DNA from: Amoebidium appalachense
Lineage: Eukaryota; Protista; Ichthyosporea
NCBI GenBank assembly: GCA_963693365.1
Contig: CAVNZM010000014.1
Location: forward strand, 7,130,001 to 7,194,000
DNA: 64,000 bases
Direction: 5' to 3'
Position 1 is the first letter of the stretch. Each line of letters begins with the position of its first letter. A program made the position numbers and the translations under genes. Under the pieces are notes generated by a model. That model was not told the DNA's origin. It saw only the letters and a list, made by a program, of their open reading frames with translations, and ran no database searches. Shown in pieces: positions 44,331 through 57,438 of the stretch.

Positions 44331-45200
44331 CTCTCTCCCTCTCTCCCTCCCTCTCTCCCTCCCTCTTCTCCTCTCTCCCTCTCTCTCTCTCCCTCTCTCT
44401 CTCTCCCTCTCTCTCTCTCCCTCTCCCTCTCTCCCTCTCTCTCTCCCTCCCTCTCCCTCTCTCTCTCTCTCCCCCTCCCCCTCTCCCTCTCTCCCCTCCC
44501 ATCCCCCCACCCCTGCCCCCCACTTCCCCCAGCACACACACAAACACACCACCACCACCACCACCACCACCAATACCCTACGACTCAAAGCACTGTGCTG
44601 TTTGATGTCTCGTGTGTTGTTATATAACATACATACCTATGACAATAATTAATGATAATGATAGATAATCCACGTGCATGATATGTGTATAGTATGTAGT
44701 GCTGAATATTTCACTCCCGTACTTCTTTTTCCTCGTTCCTTCCCTTCATATCTTCCTTCGTGTACACATTTTGCCTTCCTTCCCCCCCTTCCCCTCCGCC
44801 CCCCCCACCCCACCCTTCCCCTCTCATACCTTTCCTCGTTTCCCTGTCCCTCCCTCTCCCTCTCGCTTTCTCTTCCACTCATCACCCTACCATCAAAACC
44901 CACCCACCCACCCACCTCAGGCATTAGATCCGTCCCCCTTTTTTTTTTCCCCCACCGATGTTGACTCGCCCTCCCCACTTTCCCAAACCACCCCCCCTCC
45001 CCCCCCCTCCTCCCCAACCACCACCTCCCAAAAAAAAAAAAAAAAGAAAAAAAAAGAAAAAATAAATAAAGAGAGAAAGGGCGAAAAGAAAGAAAAGAAA
45101 GAGTACACCTAAGAAGGGGGGGGGGGGGAGGGGGGAAGGGGGAGGAGGGGGGGTGAGGGGAGAAGGGGGGGGGGGGGGAGGGGGGAGGAGGTCTTTTTAC

Positions 45201-45625
45201 CTTCACGGCCGTGCCACCACCCCCGGCTGCTGCCTTGCCCTTCTTCGCTTTGTCTCCCCCCTCAGCCTCTGCACTGCCCCGTTAGCAACCACCACAAACC
45301 TTGCTTCCCATCAGCAATGCTCTAACCAACAACACAATACCCACCTCTGGTCAACATCTTCCATACGAGCCATTTCCAATCACTGCCATAGCTTCCTCTT
45401 CCCCAGTACAAGTATGTGTTCCCCTCCCTCCTCTCTTCCTCCCCAGCTCCCCCCCCCCCCCCCTTCCCTCCATACACACGAAAGAAAGAAAAAACATCCC
45501 CTCCCTCCCCTCCTCCCCTTCTCCCCTCCCCCGGCCCCCCCCTCCCCCCGCATCACCAGCCCACCTGCATTTCCCTTCCCCTTGGCCGGGGCTGCCTGAG
45601 CCGTTTGTCCCTTCTTGGGCCCCAT
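45201..45625 (-). pseudogene. PIN4: 5' portion (exons 45565-45625 and 45201-45268) of a parvulin PIN4/Par14-like peptidyl-prolyl isomerase; catalytic exons not found
   Basis: The spliced product MGPKKGQTAQAAPAKGKGNAEAEGGDKAKKGKAAAGGGGTAVK resembles the basic Par14 N-terminus ending GGGNAVK, just before VRHILCEK. There is a gctaac branch point, and the phases (1 then 0) are consistent. Confidence 0.68.
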
Positions 45626-45896
45626 GGCAACGTGGTATGTTGCAATGATCTGCTCATGGTGACTGTGAGAAACAGAGAAAACAGGAGCAGTGAAGAACTA
45701 GTTGAACACCGTTCAGAACCCATTCCCCAGCCTCCAACCCCCCTCCCCCGCCCCCACAACACTCCCCCCCCAAACTCCCTCCCTGCCCTCCCCCCTCCCC
45801 CCGAAACGCACCCACCCCATCGAACCCCCCCCCCCCCCCTCCCGGCCACTCCCCCCCTCCCCCCCCCACCGCTCCCCCCGCCACACACACATACAC

Positions 45897-45929
<33 letters not shown>

Positions 45930-46549
45930 CCCCCTCCCTCTCCCTCCCTTCCTCCCTACCTCCAAATAAAGGGGAATAAACGTACTTGAGTATATGGTGG
46001 GATGTCGGGTGGGACCTAGAGAGGCTCGCTGAGATCTATAAAAAAATTGCTTTGTCCCCACCCACCACCACCCCCAACCCTTCTTAGGGAGGGGAGTAGG
46101 GGGGGGGGGGGGGAGGGGGGAGGGGAAGGGGAGGGTTAAGTAAAAGTATGGAGAGGTCATGATATTTGTTAGATCCAGCGAGATCCAGCGAACCCTCCAT
46201 TCCCCTCCCCCCCCCCTCCTCCCTCTTCTTTCTTCTTCCCCTCCCCACCCTCCCCCGCCACCCTCCTTCCCCGAAAGAAAAAGGAGGGGACGGAATGGGG
46301 GTTGGGTGGGGAGGGGGAGATGGTGGGGGCGGGAGGGGGGAGGGGGGAGGGGGGAGGGGGGAGAGGGGGAGGGGAGGGGGGGGGGGGGGGGGCAAGTAAA
46401 AATATGATAGAAGGTTTAATGAGATCCTGTTAGGCCACGTAAACCCTCCCACTCCCCCCCCCCACTCCCTCTTCCCCCCCGCCCTTAAGGGGGGATGAAT
46501 GATGTGCACAGCAATTTCAATTCTAATCGGATCCAGTGAGATCCGTAAC

Positions 46550-46593
<44 letters not shown>

Positions 46594-46745
46594 CACACAC
46601 ACACACACACAAACACACATATACGCGCACACACACACATACACAAATACACACACATATACACACACCAACAACCCGACCACAACAACAACACCTACTT
46701 CAACTAAAGTTGTTTGCACTAATCAACGTCAGTAAAACATCGAAA

Positions 46746-47236
46746 ATGAAACCGCAAAACAGATCACTTTCGAAGTTCGGAGCTCCTTCGGTGACTTGGT
46801 ACACACAGCCGTGGTGATATTCCTACCCTCTCCCTCTCCCTCTCCCTCTCCCTCTCCCTCTCTCCCTCTCTCTCCCTCTCTCTCTCTCTCCCTCTCTCTC
46901 TCTCTCCCTCTCTCTCCCCCCCCCCCCCCCCCTCTCTCCCTCTCTCTCTCCCTCTCTCCCTCCCTCTCTCCCTCCCCCTCTCCCTCTCTTCCCTCCCTCC
47001 CTCTCTCCCCCTCTCTCTCTCTCTCTCCCTCTCTCTCTCTCTCTCTCCCTCCCTCCCTCTCTCTCTCTCTCCCTCTCTCTCCCTCTCTCTCTCCCTCTCT
47101 CTCTCCCTCTCCCTCTCCCTCTTCCTCTTCCTCTCCCTCCCTCTCCCTCTCCCTCTCCCTCTCCCTCTCCCTCTCCCTCTCCCTCTCCCTCTCCCTCTCC
47201 CTCCCTCTCCCTCTCCCTCTCCCTCTCCCTCTTCCT

Positions 47237-47285
<49 letters not shown>

Positions 47286-47989
47286 CCCCCCCCCCCCCCT
47301 CTCTCGTGTCGTTGATCATGCACTGTCAAACAAGCAGGTCTATGCACGTGCAAGCATGCACATGTATGCGGAATGGAGGTTGCATTCAGTTGTGCTCTCC
47401 CCTCCTCATTCCATTTCTCACTCTTCTCGTCGTCTGCCGCACAGTTCTCCCTCTGCTTGCCTGTGGAGTCGTGTTATCACCTGTGCACAACACAATGAGT
47501 CATATTTCTTATTCCGTTGCCCTTCTTCTCCACCCTGTCCATTACTGTACCATAAACCTTGCTTGCAGGTGTGTGATATCACTGATTTATGCTGCAGGTG
47601 CATTTGCTAGAGCTGGCATGTTTTTGTATCCCTGGTGTGTTTGATTGTGGGTCTCCATACATCTTATTATCTTCATATGTGAGGGTGTGTATGTGTGTGA
47701 GTGTAAGCCACAAAACTACAAGCATGATGTGAATCGCAAGCCAGTGTGTGTGGTTGAGATCATTCGGCTTGTTTTAAGGAGGAAGCTGTATAGGTGTGTC
47801 CTGCACGTGTGCAGACCCCTAAGTATATACACCTATTGTTTTCCTGTTGTTGGGCCACACACTTCGTATTTTTGCTCGATTAATTATTCTCTTTTCTTTC
47901 CCATCCCCATCCTTCCCCCCCCCCCCCCCCTCTCTCGCTCACCTTTCCTTTCCCCCTTCCCCTCTCCTTGCCCCTTCCCCTCCCCCTTT

Positions 47990-48033
<44 letters not shown>

Positions 48034-48391
48034 CTCCTCCTTGCCCTCCCTTCCCCCCCACCACTCATCCCCACCCCTACCCCCCAGTCACATGTCGACC
48101 CCTTTGGGTGTGGATGGGCTAATTATCCCACCGGCAACGGTGGGGACTTGTCTCCAATGCAAAGCAAGGGAGGGTTACATGGAAAGGAGAAGAGGGGGCG
48201 GGGAACGTGGGGGTGGGGTTGGGCTGTTTCGCCGTGCGGAGGTTGTAGAGGTGCAGGCGGTGGAAGGACCCACGCCAACCACGTACAGGTGGGTGTGGGG
48301 AAAGTGTGTGTGTTTGCACTCGTGCATTGATGTATGTGCATGGGATGGGGGAAGTGAGAAGCGGAGGGGGAGGAGAGCTGGCTATGTGGAT

Positions 48392-48426
<35 letters not shown>

Positions 48427-48740
48427 CTGCCTGCCTGTGTGCATGCCGGGTGTGTGCGTGTATTTGTGTGGACTGTGTGCTCAAGCTTGTGCGTGTGCAT
48501 GTATTGTTATCCTTGGGCTAATGTGCAATGCATGTGTGCGTGCGGGTGCCTGAGTAAGTCAGCGAGTGGTATTGTATACTTTTGGATGAGACTGTGTGTG
48601 TGTATTATCGTATGGTATGTAGTCGAGGTATTGTTATTAGTGGTGGAGGTCTTGGTGTGTGTGTGTGTACTCTGATACATTGCTGCCACCGCTGCCATAT
48701 GTATTTTTTTTGTTCTCTATTCAATAACTAGAAGCTCACA

Positions 48741-48778
<38 letters not shown>

Positions 48779-48856
48779 ACTCCCCCCCGCACATGGTGGT
48801 GACTGCATGCAATGCCCACGGCACATGTAAGCAGTACTCCCAATTGTCTCTGAGAG

Positions 48857-48901
<45 letters not shown>

Positions 48902-49846
48902 ACCCCCTTCCTTCTCTCTTCGTGGGTGCTCTTTCTTCTTCCCACCATAATGCGTGATGTACTACGTCTCTCACTTTCTCCCCGACCCTCAATCCCTCCC
49001 TCTTTCCCCGTCTCTCGCCTTTCTCTGTCCCCTCTCCCCCCCTCTCTCCCCCTCCCCCACTCCCTCTAGCTCTCCTGTGCCCCTAGCTCACCACGAACTC
49101 TATCTTTGAGTCCTTTGGTATTGATAAACCGTGCCATCATATATGGTTACCATATAATCATATATGGTTACCATATATTTACGTTATACGAGGACTTGCC
49201 TAATTGGCTGCTTTCCCCCAGTGCCCACGTTGGCAGACATAGGGGAAGAAATACTGTGAAATTTCGCCCAGCACACAACTCCGATCTGTCTGAGCCCTTG
49301 CGGGGTCTTACCATTCAGGCACACAGCTACGTCGAAGTCTACACTACTTCTTCTGTATGTATAGACAGCACACCTTCCCCCCTTACCCCCTTTTATCTCA
49401 ATAAAAAATCCCCTTGTATGGAAACCTGCATTGTGTTGTTCTGAGTGAAGGACTACTTTGTACTCTGTAACACGTGCCCTCCCCCCCCCCCCCCCCCCCA
49501 TCCCTGGGCCTCCCCTTCCTTGTGTTTTTGAGGTGTCTTGTGTTTTGTCTTAATTTCTCCACGTCCATAATCCCAACCCCTACAATGGGCATGAACCCCC
49601 CCCCCACACATTCCCCATTTAAAATCCATGTTGATAGGGGTTCAATACTTACACTTCAACTAATGCCGGGGGAGCCTCGACTGCCATACAGGTGGGAGGC
49701 CAAAGCGGAATTCGAAGATGACCTGCTTGTGGTATGACCCCCCACTCCCCCCCCCCCCCCCCCCCCCCAACCTACACGTGCACACCCCGCACGCACGCAC
49801 GCGTGCACATACAGACACACATATCCTCTCTTTCTCTCTCTCCAAC

Positions 49847-49893
<47 letters not shown>

Positions 49894-50080
49894 ACCCACC
49901 CCCCACGGATGGTGCCAGGAAAAAAACAAGCACACGCACAAACACACACACACACTCATTCACTCACACACAATCTACACACACATACACACACCTGGTC
50001 CCTTCTCCCAACCACTTAGGCAGTCACCTCGCCTAACCACCCAGGCATTTTTGACTATTCACAGGCATTATCCCGCATTA

Positions 50081-50114
<34 letters not shown>

Positions 50115-50470
50115 CGCCCCAACTTTCTCCCTCTGAGTCCTCACGCCCCCTTCTGCCCCCCAGAGATTGCCGCCATGCTGTGACTCAATGCTACGGCAAA
50201 TTCTCCCAGGCGTTGCAAACACCATGCAGCAAGTATGTGCCCTTCCCCCCCCCCCCCCCCCCCCCCTTCCCCCCATCCTCGCCTCCTCCCCTTCCTCCCC
50301 CTCCCCCCTCCCACCCTCCCCCTGGGGCACACAGATACACTAATCAACCCACTCACCCATCCTTAATCCCCCCACTCGTTTCGCCCCCACCCCCCACCCT
50401 ACACAAACCCATCCCCTCCGTGCTCTAGCTTTTACACCCTACACCTGTACCGCCATGTGGTTTATCATGT

Positions 50471-50523
<53 letters not shown>

Positions 50524-51433
50524 CGGCCCCCCCCCCCCACCACCACCACCACCAACCTTTTTGCTGTTGCCTAAGTGCGAATACTTTTTTTACTCCAGAT
50601 TAAAACTTCTGTGCAAGTATGAACCGCTCATTGGAAAGAGAGGTAGAAGCAAGAGAAGTGGCGACAAGGCGAGACTGATGACTGATATGGGATGACTGAT
50701 GTGGGGTTTAAGTGATCGTGTTTGAGAGCTAGGCATGGAAGAGAATGTGTTAGGGAAAGGGTAGAGGGGGAGAGGGGAGGGGGGGGGGGGGGGGGTCCCT
50801 CTTGTTCGATTGCCATAAGCCTGTCGTGTATATTTATTCGTGTAGAACAGGAGGGGGGGGGGGGGGGGGGGGGGCTGGGGGCAGAGAGAGTCGATTAAGC
50901 CTGTACAAACACACACGGCCACAAAGTCGGACACATGCAGGAACACGAACCTTGCAAAAACACACACATGAACACACAGGCACACCAACAACACACATTT
51001 GCTGTCCTTCACTGCCACTATCCCCACTGCCACTATCCCCAGCAGCCACTAACACCATCCCCCCACCCACCCACAACCAGGACTCCTACTCATCAAAGCT
51101 GAACCACCAGCAACCACTAGCCAGCCACTGCAACGTTTAAACACACCATGCTGTGGATGATGGGACAAAAGGTGTGGCAAACACTTGACATTGTGCACAT
51201 GACGGAGAACCAGTGAGAAGGTGGGAGAGAGGTGGGTGCCAGGTGGGTGTGGGTGCATGTACCGTGACACGTGTGTGTGGTGCCATTCATGTGTGTGTAC
51301 CGTGACATGCCATTCCTGTGCGTGTACCGCCATTCCTGTGCGTGTACCGTGACATGTGTGTGTGTATGTGTATGTGTGTGTGTGTGTGAAGAGGGAAGTG
51401 GTGTAGGGTGGCGGCGGTGGTGGTGGTTGTGGT

Positions 51434-51479
<46 letters not shown>

Positions 51480-52265
51480 CTATCATGCGTGGGCTAGTGC
51501 ATGATTTTGTGATAGCCGGGGAAGAAGGTCGATTCAGATAGCACTAGTTTGACGGTTGGTGTATGTGTACCGATTTACATGTTTTAGAGATGGGTTGGGG
51601 TGGGTTCGTGTGCATAGGTCCTTGTGTGTAGGTGTGTTTAGAAGGAACGGGGGCATGGGATGTGAAAGAATGCAAGGGTACCAGAGAGGAAGAAGGTCTA
51701 ACCGATAGGATTGGTCGAAACAGATATGCAACTGTGCAACTGCAGAGTCAGCTCCCATACCCGAATCGTGACGATCCATGTCTATTTTTGACTGACAACA
51801 GAGCAATGTACGTGTGTGTGTGTGTGTGCTGGGTGTGTGGGTGTGTGCGGGCGGGCGGGCACGGGGGGAGGGGTGGGCAGGAGGGAGCGGCTGGTGTGTG
51901 TGGGTGTGTACCCCAACATGTGCATGTGTGCGGTAGTGGTGTTGGGGGAGCGAGAGAGGGGAGGGGGGAGGGAGGGGGGGGGGGGGGTAAGAATGGAGAC
52001 TAAGAATGAAGCATGCAAGGGCAGTGGTCAGTGACAGGAAAAAGGAAGAGTAGGGGGGGGGGGGGGGGGGGAGGGAGGGGGAGGATGTGATTGTCTCCTT
52101 ACAAAAACGAAAACACGAAAGAGCACACACGCACACACACGCATGCATGCGCGCACATACCATGCACTTTCGTCCATTGAGCGCAGTTGAGCGCAGCATT
52201 TGCACGTCTCTTGCACACTATTGGTGTTGCTTCCTCTCTTTTTGAACCAACCTTCACACACACAT

Positions 52266-52304
<39 letters not shown>

Positions 52305-52402
52305 CACGCACACACACACGCACACACACGCACACACACGCACACACACGCACACACAAGTGCCATTTGCTTTAACCTTGACACTGCTAATGTCATGTCC
52401 TA

Positions 52403-52440
<38 letters not shown>

Positions 52441-54255
52441 ACACACACACACACACCTCTACACACCTCTCCCCCCGCCACCGATCGATTTGTGCATGGA
52501 CAAGTACAAGCAACTGTCATCTTGCAACTGTCATCTTGAGTGCACGTGTTACGGAAATGTTTTTGCTCTAAAAACAATACATGTTTGCCCTAAAAACTGC
52601 TCTAAAAACCATACGTGTTTTGCCCGAAAAACATTACGTGCCCAGGATAACTGTATTGCTCGACTAGATGTCACCACACCACGAAGACACATGTGTGCGT
52701 GCACCTCTATTCGTTGAGCACAGTGCCATGGTGCAGTGCAAAGATGCCCTCATGTTAATGGATGTAGTAGCTCATTCTCTCACGTGCTCTCTCTCTGTCT
52801 GTGTGCGCGTGTGTGCGTGTATGCCCGTGTGAATGTGTCCCCTCACCTCTTTTCTCTCTCTTGTGCCCTCCATCCCTATCTCTGACGTGGTTGGTCTTGC
52901 TACCACTCAATCCTCACCCTCCCCCCCCCCCCCCCCCCCCCCCTGGTAAACCCCTCCTTCCCTCCTAACGCCTATACACACACAAGCACACACGCACTGA
53001 TCCACCAACCCCTTCCTGCAAACAGACCTACCATTTCTGGACTGCATCCCCATTTCCGCGGAGAACACCCGCCCGAGAACAACAGAGGTGCACACTTGAG
53101 ACACACACGCACCAAAGCGCACGCGCACACATACACACACAAACACACACATACACACATGCATGCACACGCACACACAGGTACAGGTAGCATGGGCATT
53201 TATTTGTTGTTGTTCCCTTGCTGGGCCGAGGCTGATTGCTGCCTTCTTTCTTTAGGCCTCATATCCATCTCCCCCTTTAGCTGCTGGTGGGTTACCATCC
53301 TTCCCCCCCCCTCCCACCCCCTCCCACCCCTTCTTCTCCTCTCCCCCCCGGCATTCCCCTTCCCCCACTCCCTTTCTCACCTCCCCCTTCTGCCAATATC
53401 TCCCCTCCCCCCCCCCCCTTGTCTCCCCTGTCCCCCCGGTTTCCTCCTTGCGCCCCCTTTCAACCTCTCCTCTTCTGGCCCCATCCCCCCCCCCCCCCCC
53501 CCCTGTGGATGACGTGGGCCCCCCCTGAGGATGGGCTCTGCTTATTATGCATACTCTTTATGTATGGCTTGCATTCTGCATCGTGTTATCCGTTTGTTCT
53601 TGTGTACTTCGTACTTTTTGACGCATTCAAAACCCCCCCCCACACACACACACACACCAGCGCCACCACCCACCCCACATTTCCCCTCCCTCCCCCCTCC
53701 CACCCACCCCCCCCCCCCCCCCCCCCGTTTTCCCTCTTTCTCCAACTTTCCATCTTCCCCCTGCTGCCCCCCTCCCTCCCCCCTCCCCCCCCCCCCCTCT
53801 TTTACCCCCGGCTTCCCCTTTTTCTACTCCACCCCACCTCCCCACTTCTTCCCATATCCCCCCCCCCCCCCCCCCCTCCCCCCCCCCCCAACCCCCTCTT
53901 CCCCCCCCCCCCCCCCCCACCCCCCTCCCCTCCCCCCCCGACTTTCTTTCCCCTTTCCCCCCTTCCCACCTCCCCGCTCCGCGCATATCCTGCCCCCCTC
54001 CCTCCCTCCCCCCCCCCCCCCCCCCCTCTCCCCTTCTCTTCACCTCCTTTCCCCCCCGGCTTCCACCTTCCCCCCTCCCCCTCCCCCCCCCCCCCCCCTC
54101 TTGCCCTCCCTCCCCCCTTCTGCCCATATCCCTCCAAGTCCTTTCCCCCTCTTCCCCGCGGCTTCCCCCTTCCCCTCCCTCCTTCACTACCTCCCCCCTC
54201 TTCCTCCCCTCCCCCTCCCCATCCCCCCCCACGGTCTGCCCATATCCTGCCTCAG

Positions 54256-54297
<42 letters not shown>

Positions 54298-54573
54298 ACC
54301 ACCACCACCACCACACACAACGATGCACACATTGAGATAATGGGTGCACTGAGTGCATCCTTTGGGTGGGGTCACACTGCCATGCTCCCGATAATCCATC
54401 CATGTCAGTCATGTCAGTGCTTTGCTTTTGTTCGTTGTAAGTGCAGCCACCAACATAAAAGAAACGAATGACTGCTGAGCACAGGGAAGAAAAGAAAAGA
54501 AGACCCAAGTACCCGGCACACAAAAAGATGGAAGTATACCCGAAGAAAACCCTTGAAGTTTTCTGAGGAAGTC
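46746..54573 (+). other. Possible plus-strand multi-exon gene of unknown product, divergent from the PIN4-like exons
   Basis: Islands of complex sequence bounded by AG/GT near 48.25, 49.24-49.35, 49.69-49.73, 50.16-50.23, 50.60 and 51.71-51.81 kb. No unique phase-consistent model and no recognisable domain. Confidence 0.3.
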
Positions 54574-54924
54574 GTTCCCAGGTGAAGCCTTGTAGATGAC
54601 GAAGCCTTGTAGATGACTGTATTTGAAGAGTATTTAACATATCGTGGACTGTGCCACCAGACTGGTCTGATGAGCTGGTAAGTGCAATAAAAACGTGCAA
54701 AAACTACGCAACAAAGATACTAAACAATCGTGTTCAGTGTGACAAAATGAAGATTTGAATAGTCAAAGGATCAGAGTAAAGGTTCTCACGGTTTCTATAA
54801 ACAATTGAGATCTAAAAACAAATGAAAAAGTAAGTCTTAGAGGCAACAGTCTTAGGTTTTAGGGACTTAGCTCTGTCGTAATGCCCAGATATAATCGAAC
54901 AAAATTCATTATGAAATTTCGGGG

Positions 54925-55623
54925 TTCCCGACTTTGCCTGGGGCGGAGCGGGAAAAAAAAATTGCAGTAATGAAGTCATTTTGAGTGTACTTCCCAACTT
55001 TGCCTGGGGCGAAGCCGGGCTTAAAAAAGGAACGGCAAAATTAATGATCTGTCCTGAGTGAAACTGAGTGATCCTACTTCCCGACTTTGCCTGGGGCGAA
55101 GTCGGGCTAAAAAAAAAAAATCCCCACCGGCCATGTCACAGTGATGTGAGCGAGGTTCGGTACTTCCCGGCTTTGCCTGGGGCGAAGTCGGGCATTAAAA
55201 AAAAGAGCAGCAATGTCAAATCCGAGTGAATCCGAGTGATCCTACTTCCCGACTTTGCCTAGGGTGAAGTCGGGCGCGGTAAGGTAATGTTGTAATGTAA
55301 TGTCAATTTTGAGTGATCCTACTTCCCGACTTTGCCTGGGGCGAAGTCGGGCGACTTTAAAACCCTGGGGCGAAGTCGGGCTAAAAAAAAAATTCCCCAC
55401 CGGCCATGTCACAGTGATGTGAGCGAGGTTCGGTACTTCCCAACTTTGCCTGGGGCGAAGTCGGGCATTAAAAAAAAGAGCAGCAATGTCAATCCGAAGT
55501 GAATCCGAGTGATCCTACTTCCCGACTTTGCCTACATGTAGGGTGAAGTCGGGCTTTAGAAAAAAGAGCGGCCGACCTGAGGGAGGTTCGGTACTTCCTG
55601 ACCTTGCCTGGGCCGGCGAAGTC
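54925..55623. repeat. Array of ~10 hairpin repeats TACTTCCCGACTTTGCCTGGGGCGAAGTCGGGC with mostly 35-55-nt spacers
   Basis: Copies start at ~54925, 54988, 55075, 55161, 55243, 55320, 55364 (half), 55434, 55516 and 55592 (degenerate). Each has a 12-bp stem CCCGACTTTGCC/GGCGAAGTCGGG with a 3-nt loop. Confidence 0.92.
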
Positions 55624-56215
55624 TAAAAAAAAAAAAAAAAAAATGGGAATGGGAGATATGGATAGAGATGATGTGCTGCTTTCATAACAAACATCATATG
55701 TAGAGGTGTTTCTTTTTGTGTTTTCACGCTGTTCCATTTGGTTTGCCCCCTCCTTTTTTTCCCCACAGCCTTTACCCTGTGTATTCACTCAGGCTAGTAT
55801 TTGCATAATGATTGGAATCGACCACGCTGATGAATCAATTGCAAGGTTCCCAATTTTGCCCGGCGCGAAGTCGGATTCAACCCATTGCTGGTTTAGTCGC
55901 TGGCTAAGTCGTAGACTTTTTCTTTTTCATTCTTGCAAGCAAGCAGGCAGTGATAATAAGCAATAGAACGGAATAATTGCTGGAGTTCTTACTAGGACCT
56001 GCGAAAACTTTACTTGCGCCTTATGGACATGTTTTTCATACGGATATATGAATTCTGTGGCAAAAGAAACCGGTACTAGTGCAACGAATGCTGGTTTACG
56101 CTAACAAATGGAAAATCGAAATGAAAAGGACTGGCACACTAACGCCCAAGTTGATTGGCAATTTTCAGATCGGCGCGGCTATGTCAATCAAGCTATTAGC
56201 ACTCCCGCATCTGGT

Positions 56216-56246
56216 GCCCGACTTCGCCCCAGGCAAAGCCGGGAAG
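56216..56246 (-). repeat. Inverted copy of the hairpin repeat
   Basis: GCCCGACTTCGCCCCAGGCAAAGCCGGGAAG is the exact reverse complement of 55163-55193. Confidence 0.88.
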
Positions 56247-57316
56247 GAAAAAAAAAAAACCCCCGCGACCCATTGGCGCCCAGGGCCTGGAGAGAAGAAC
56301 TACATATATATAAAAAAGACCTGGTTTTAGCAGGGCATCCTTATATATTTTCAAGGACAAATGAACGCAATAAAAGGGCGGAGGAAGGGACAAAGAAAAC
56401 GGGGGGGGGGGGGGGGGGGGGGGGGGGAGGGGGGTGGTGCCTTTTTCCCATTCCCGCTTTCCTTCTAGCCCGACTTTCTAAAGACATAAGAAAAATAGTG
56501 GTCGGGCGAACATTGCTCCGATCCCAAGTAAGTGCCAATGATGAGGTTCTGTACTATTAAGTGTTTGCTCATTAACAACTTAAATGTGTTTTGCTCATTA
56601 TCAACAGTATTAGGAATACTATTAGGAATACAATTGCTCATTCCGAAGCACTGTACAATAAAGGGATGCTTTCAAGCGCAAGATTGCACTAAACTTTGTC
56701 ATACCGCCTCACAATCAGCAATACCTGGAATTCGTTATTGCGGTCTGGACTACACAGGCATTTTGGGTCTTCCGCGCGGGCGCCAGGGGGACTGCATTTT
56801 GGAATGCCATAATGATTTTTGCACTTTTCACTGTGTTTTTTACACGCATATTGACTTAAATTGACCACCATATTGCCTTATTTTTTGCTGGTTGCCTGCC
56901 GGTTCATTTATGGAGCGCAGCGTTTGACTTGGTGGCTTGTGATCGACTGAATTCTGAAGGATTGGCATCGCTGCTTGCAAAGGAATTGCGGCATTATGGA
57001 TTGCCATTTGAAATCGGATCTGGATTGCCATCCATCATTGAAATCAATCCGGTTTGAAAATTTCGTGATTGCGCTTCGCTGGCAAACCAGATCAAACCAG
57101 CCACGCTTCTGAAGAGAATAAAAGACCCGCGTTTGAACACTCTTCCTTCACACAGTCTTTTCACTGATCTCCCTCCTCACTTGTCTGTATTTATTTATTT
57201 ACACGTCCTTCCATTCTGGCCTGTGTAAAAAACGTGGAGAGAGAGCTCCATTCTTTCATATGGCACAACTCCGTGTTTTTGTAAAGCATAACACCCTCTT
57301 CTTTATAGCAGCTGTT

Positions 57317-57435
57317 GGTTACGGCCATACCTAGCAGAAAGCACCCCATCTCGTCCGATCTGGGAAGTTAAACTGCTATGGGCGTGGTTAGTACTGCGGT
57401 GGGGGACCACGCGGGAATACCACGTGCTGTAATCT
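57317..57435 (+). rRNA. 5S rRNA: 5S ribosomal RNA gene (single copy in the window)
   Basis: GGTTACGGCCATACCTAGCAGAAAGCACCCCATCTCGTCCGATCTGGGAAGTTAAACTGC...GGTTAGTACTGCGGTGGGGGACCACGCGGGAATACCACGTGCTGTAATCT. It is 119 nt, the terminal helix GGTTACGGC/GCTGTAATC pairs, and Box A/Box C-like motifs are present. Confidence 0.97.
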
Positions 57436-57438
57436 TTT

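Noticed and set aside
49137-49180. YGYHII peptide resembling the parvulin FGYHII motif
   Set aside because: It is on the wrong strand and upstream of the PIN4-like ATG, and it arises from a short tandem near-palindrome (CATATATGGTTACCATATA x2).
54925-55623. Bona fide CRISPR array
   Set aside because: The context is intron-rich and eukaryotic, no cas genes are visible, and the spacers share motifs and recur in a duplicated block. Kept as a non-CRISPR repeat array.
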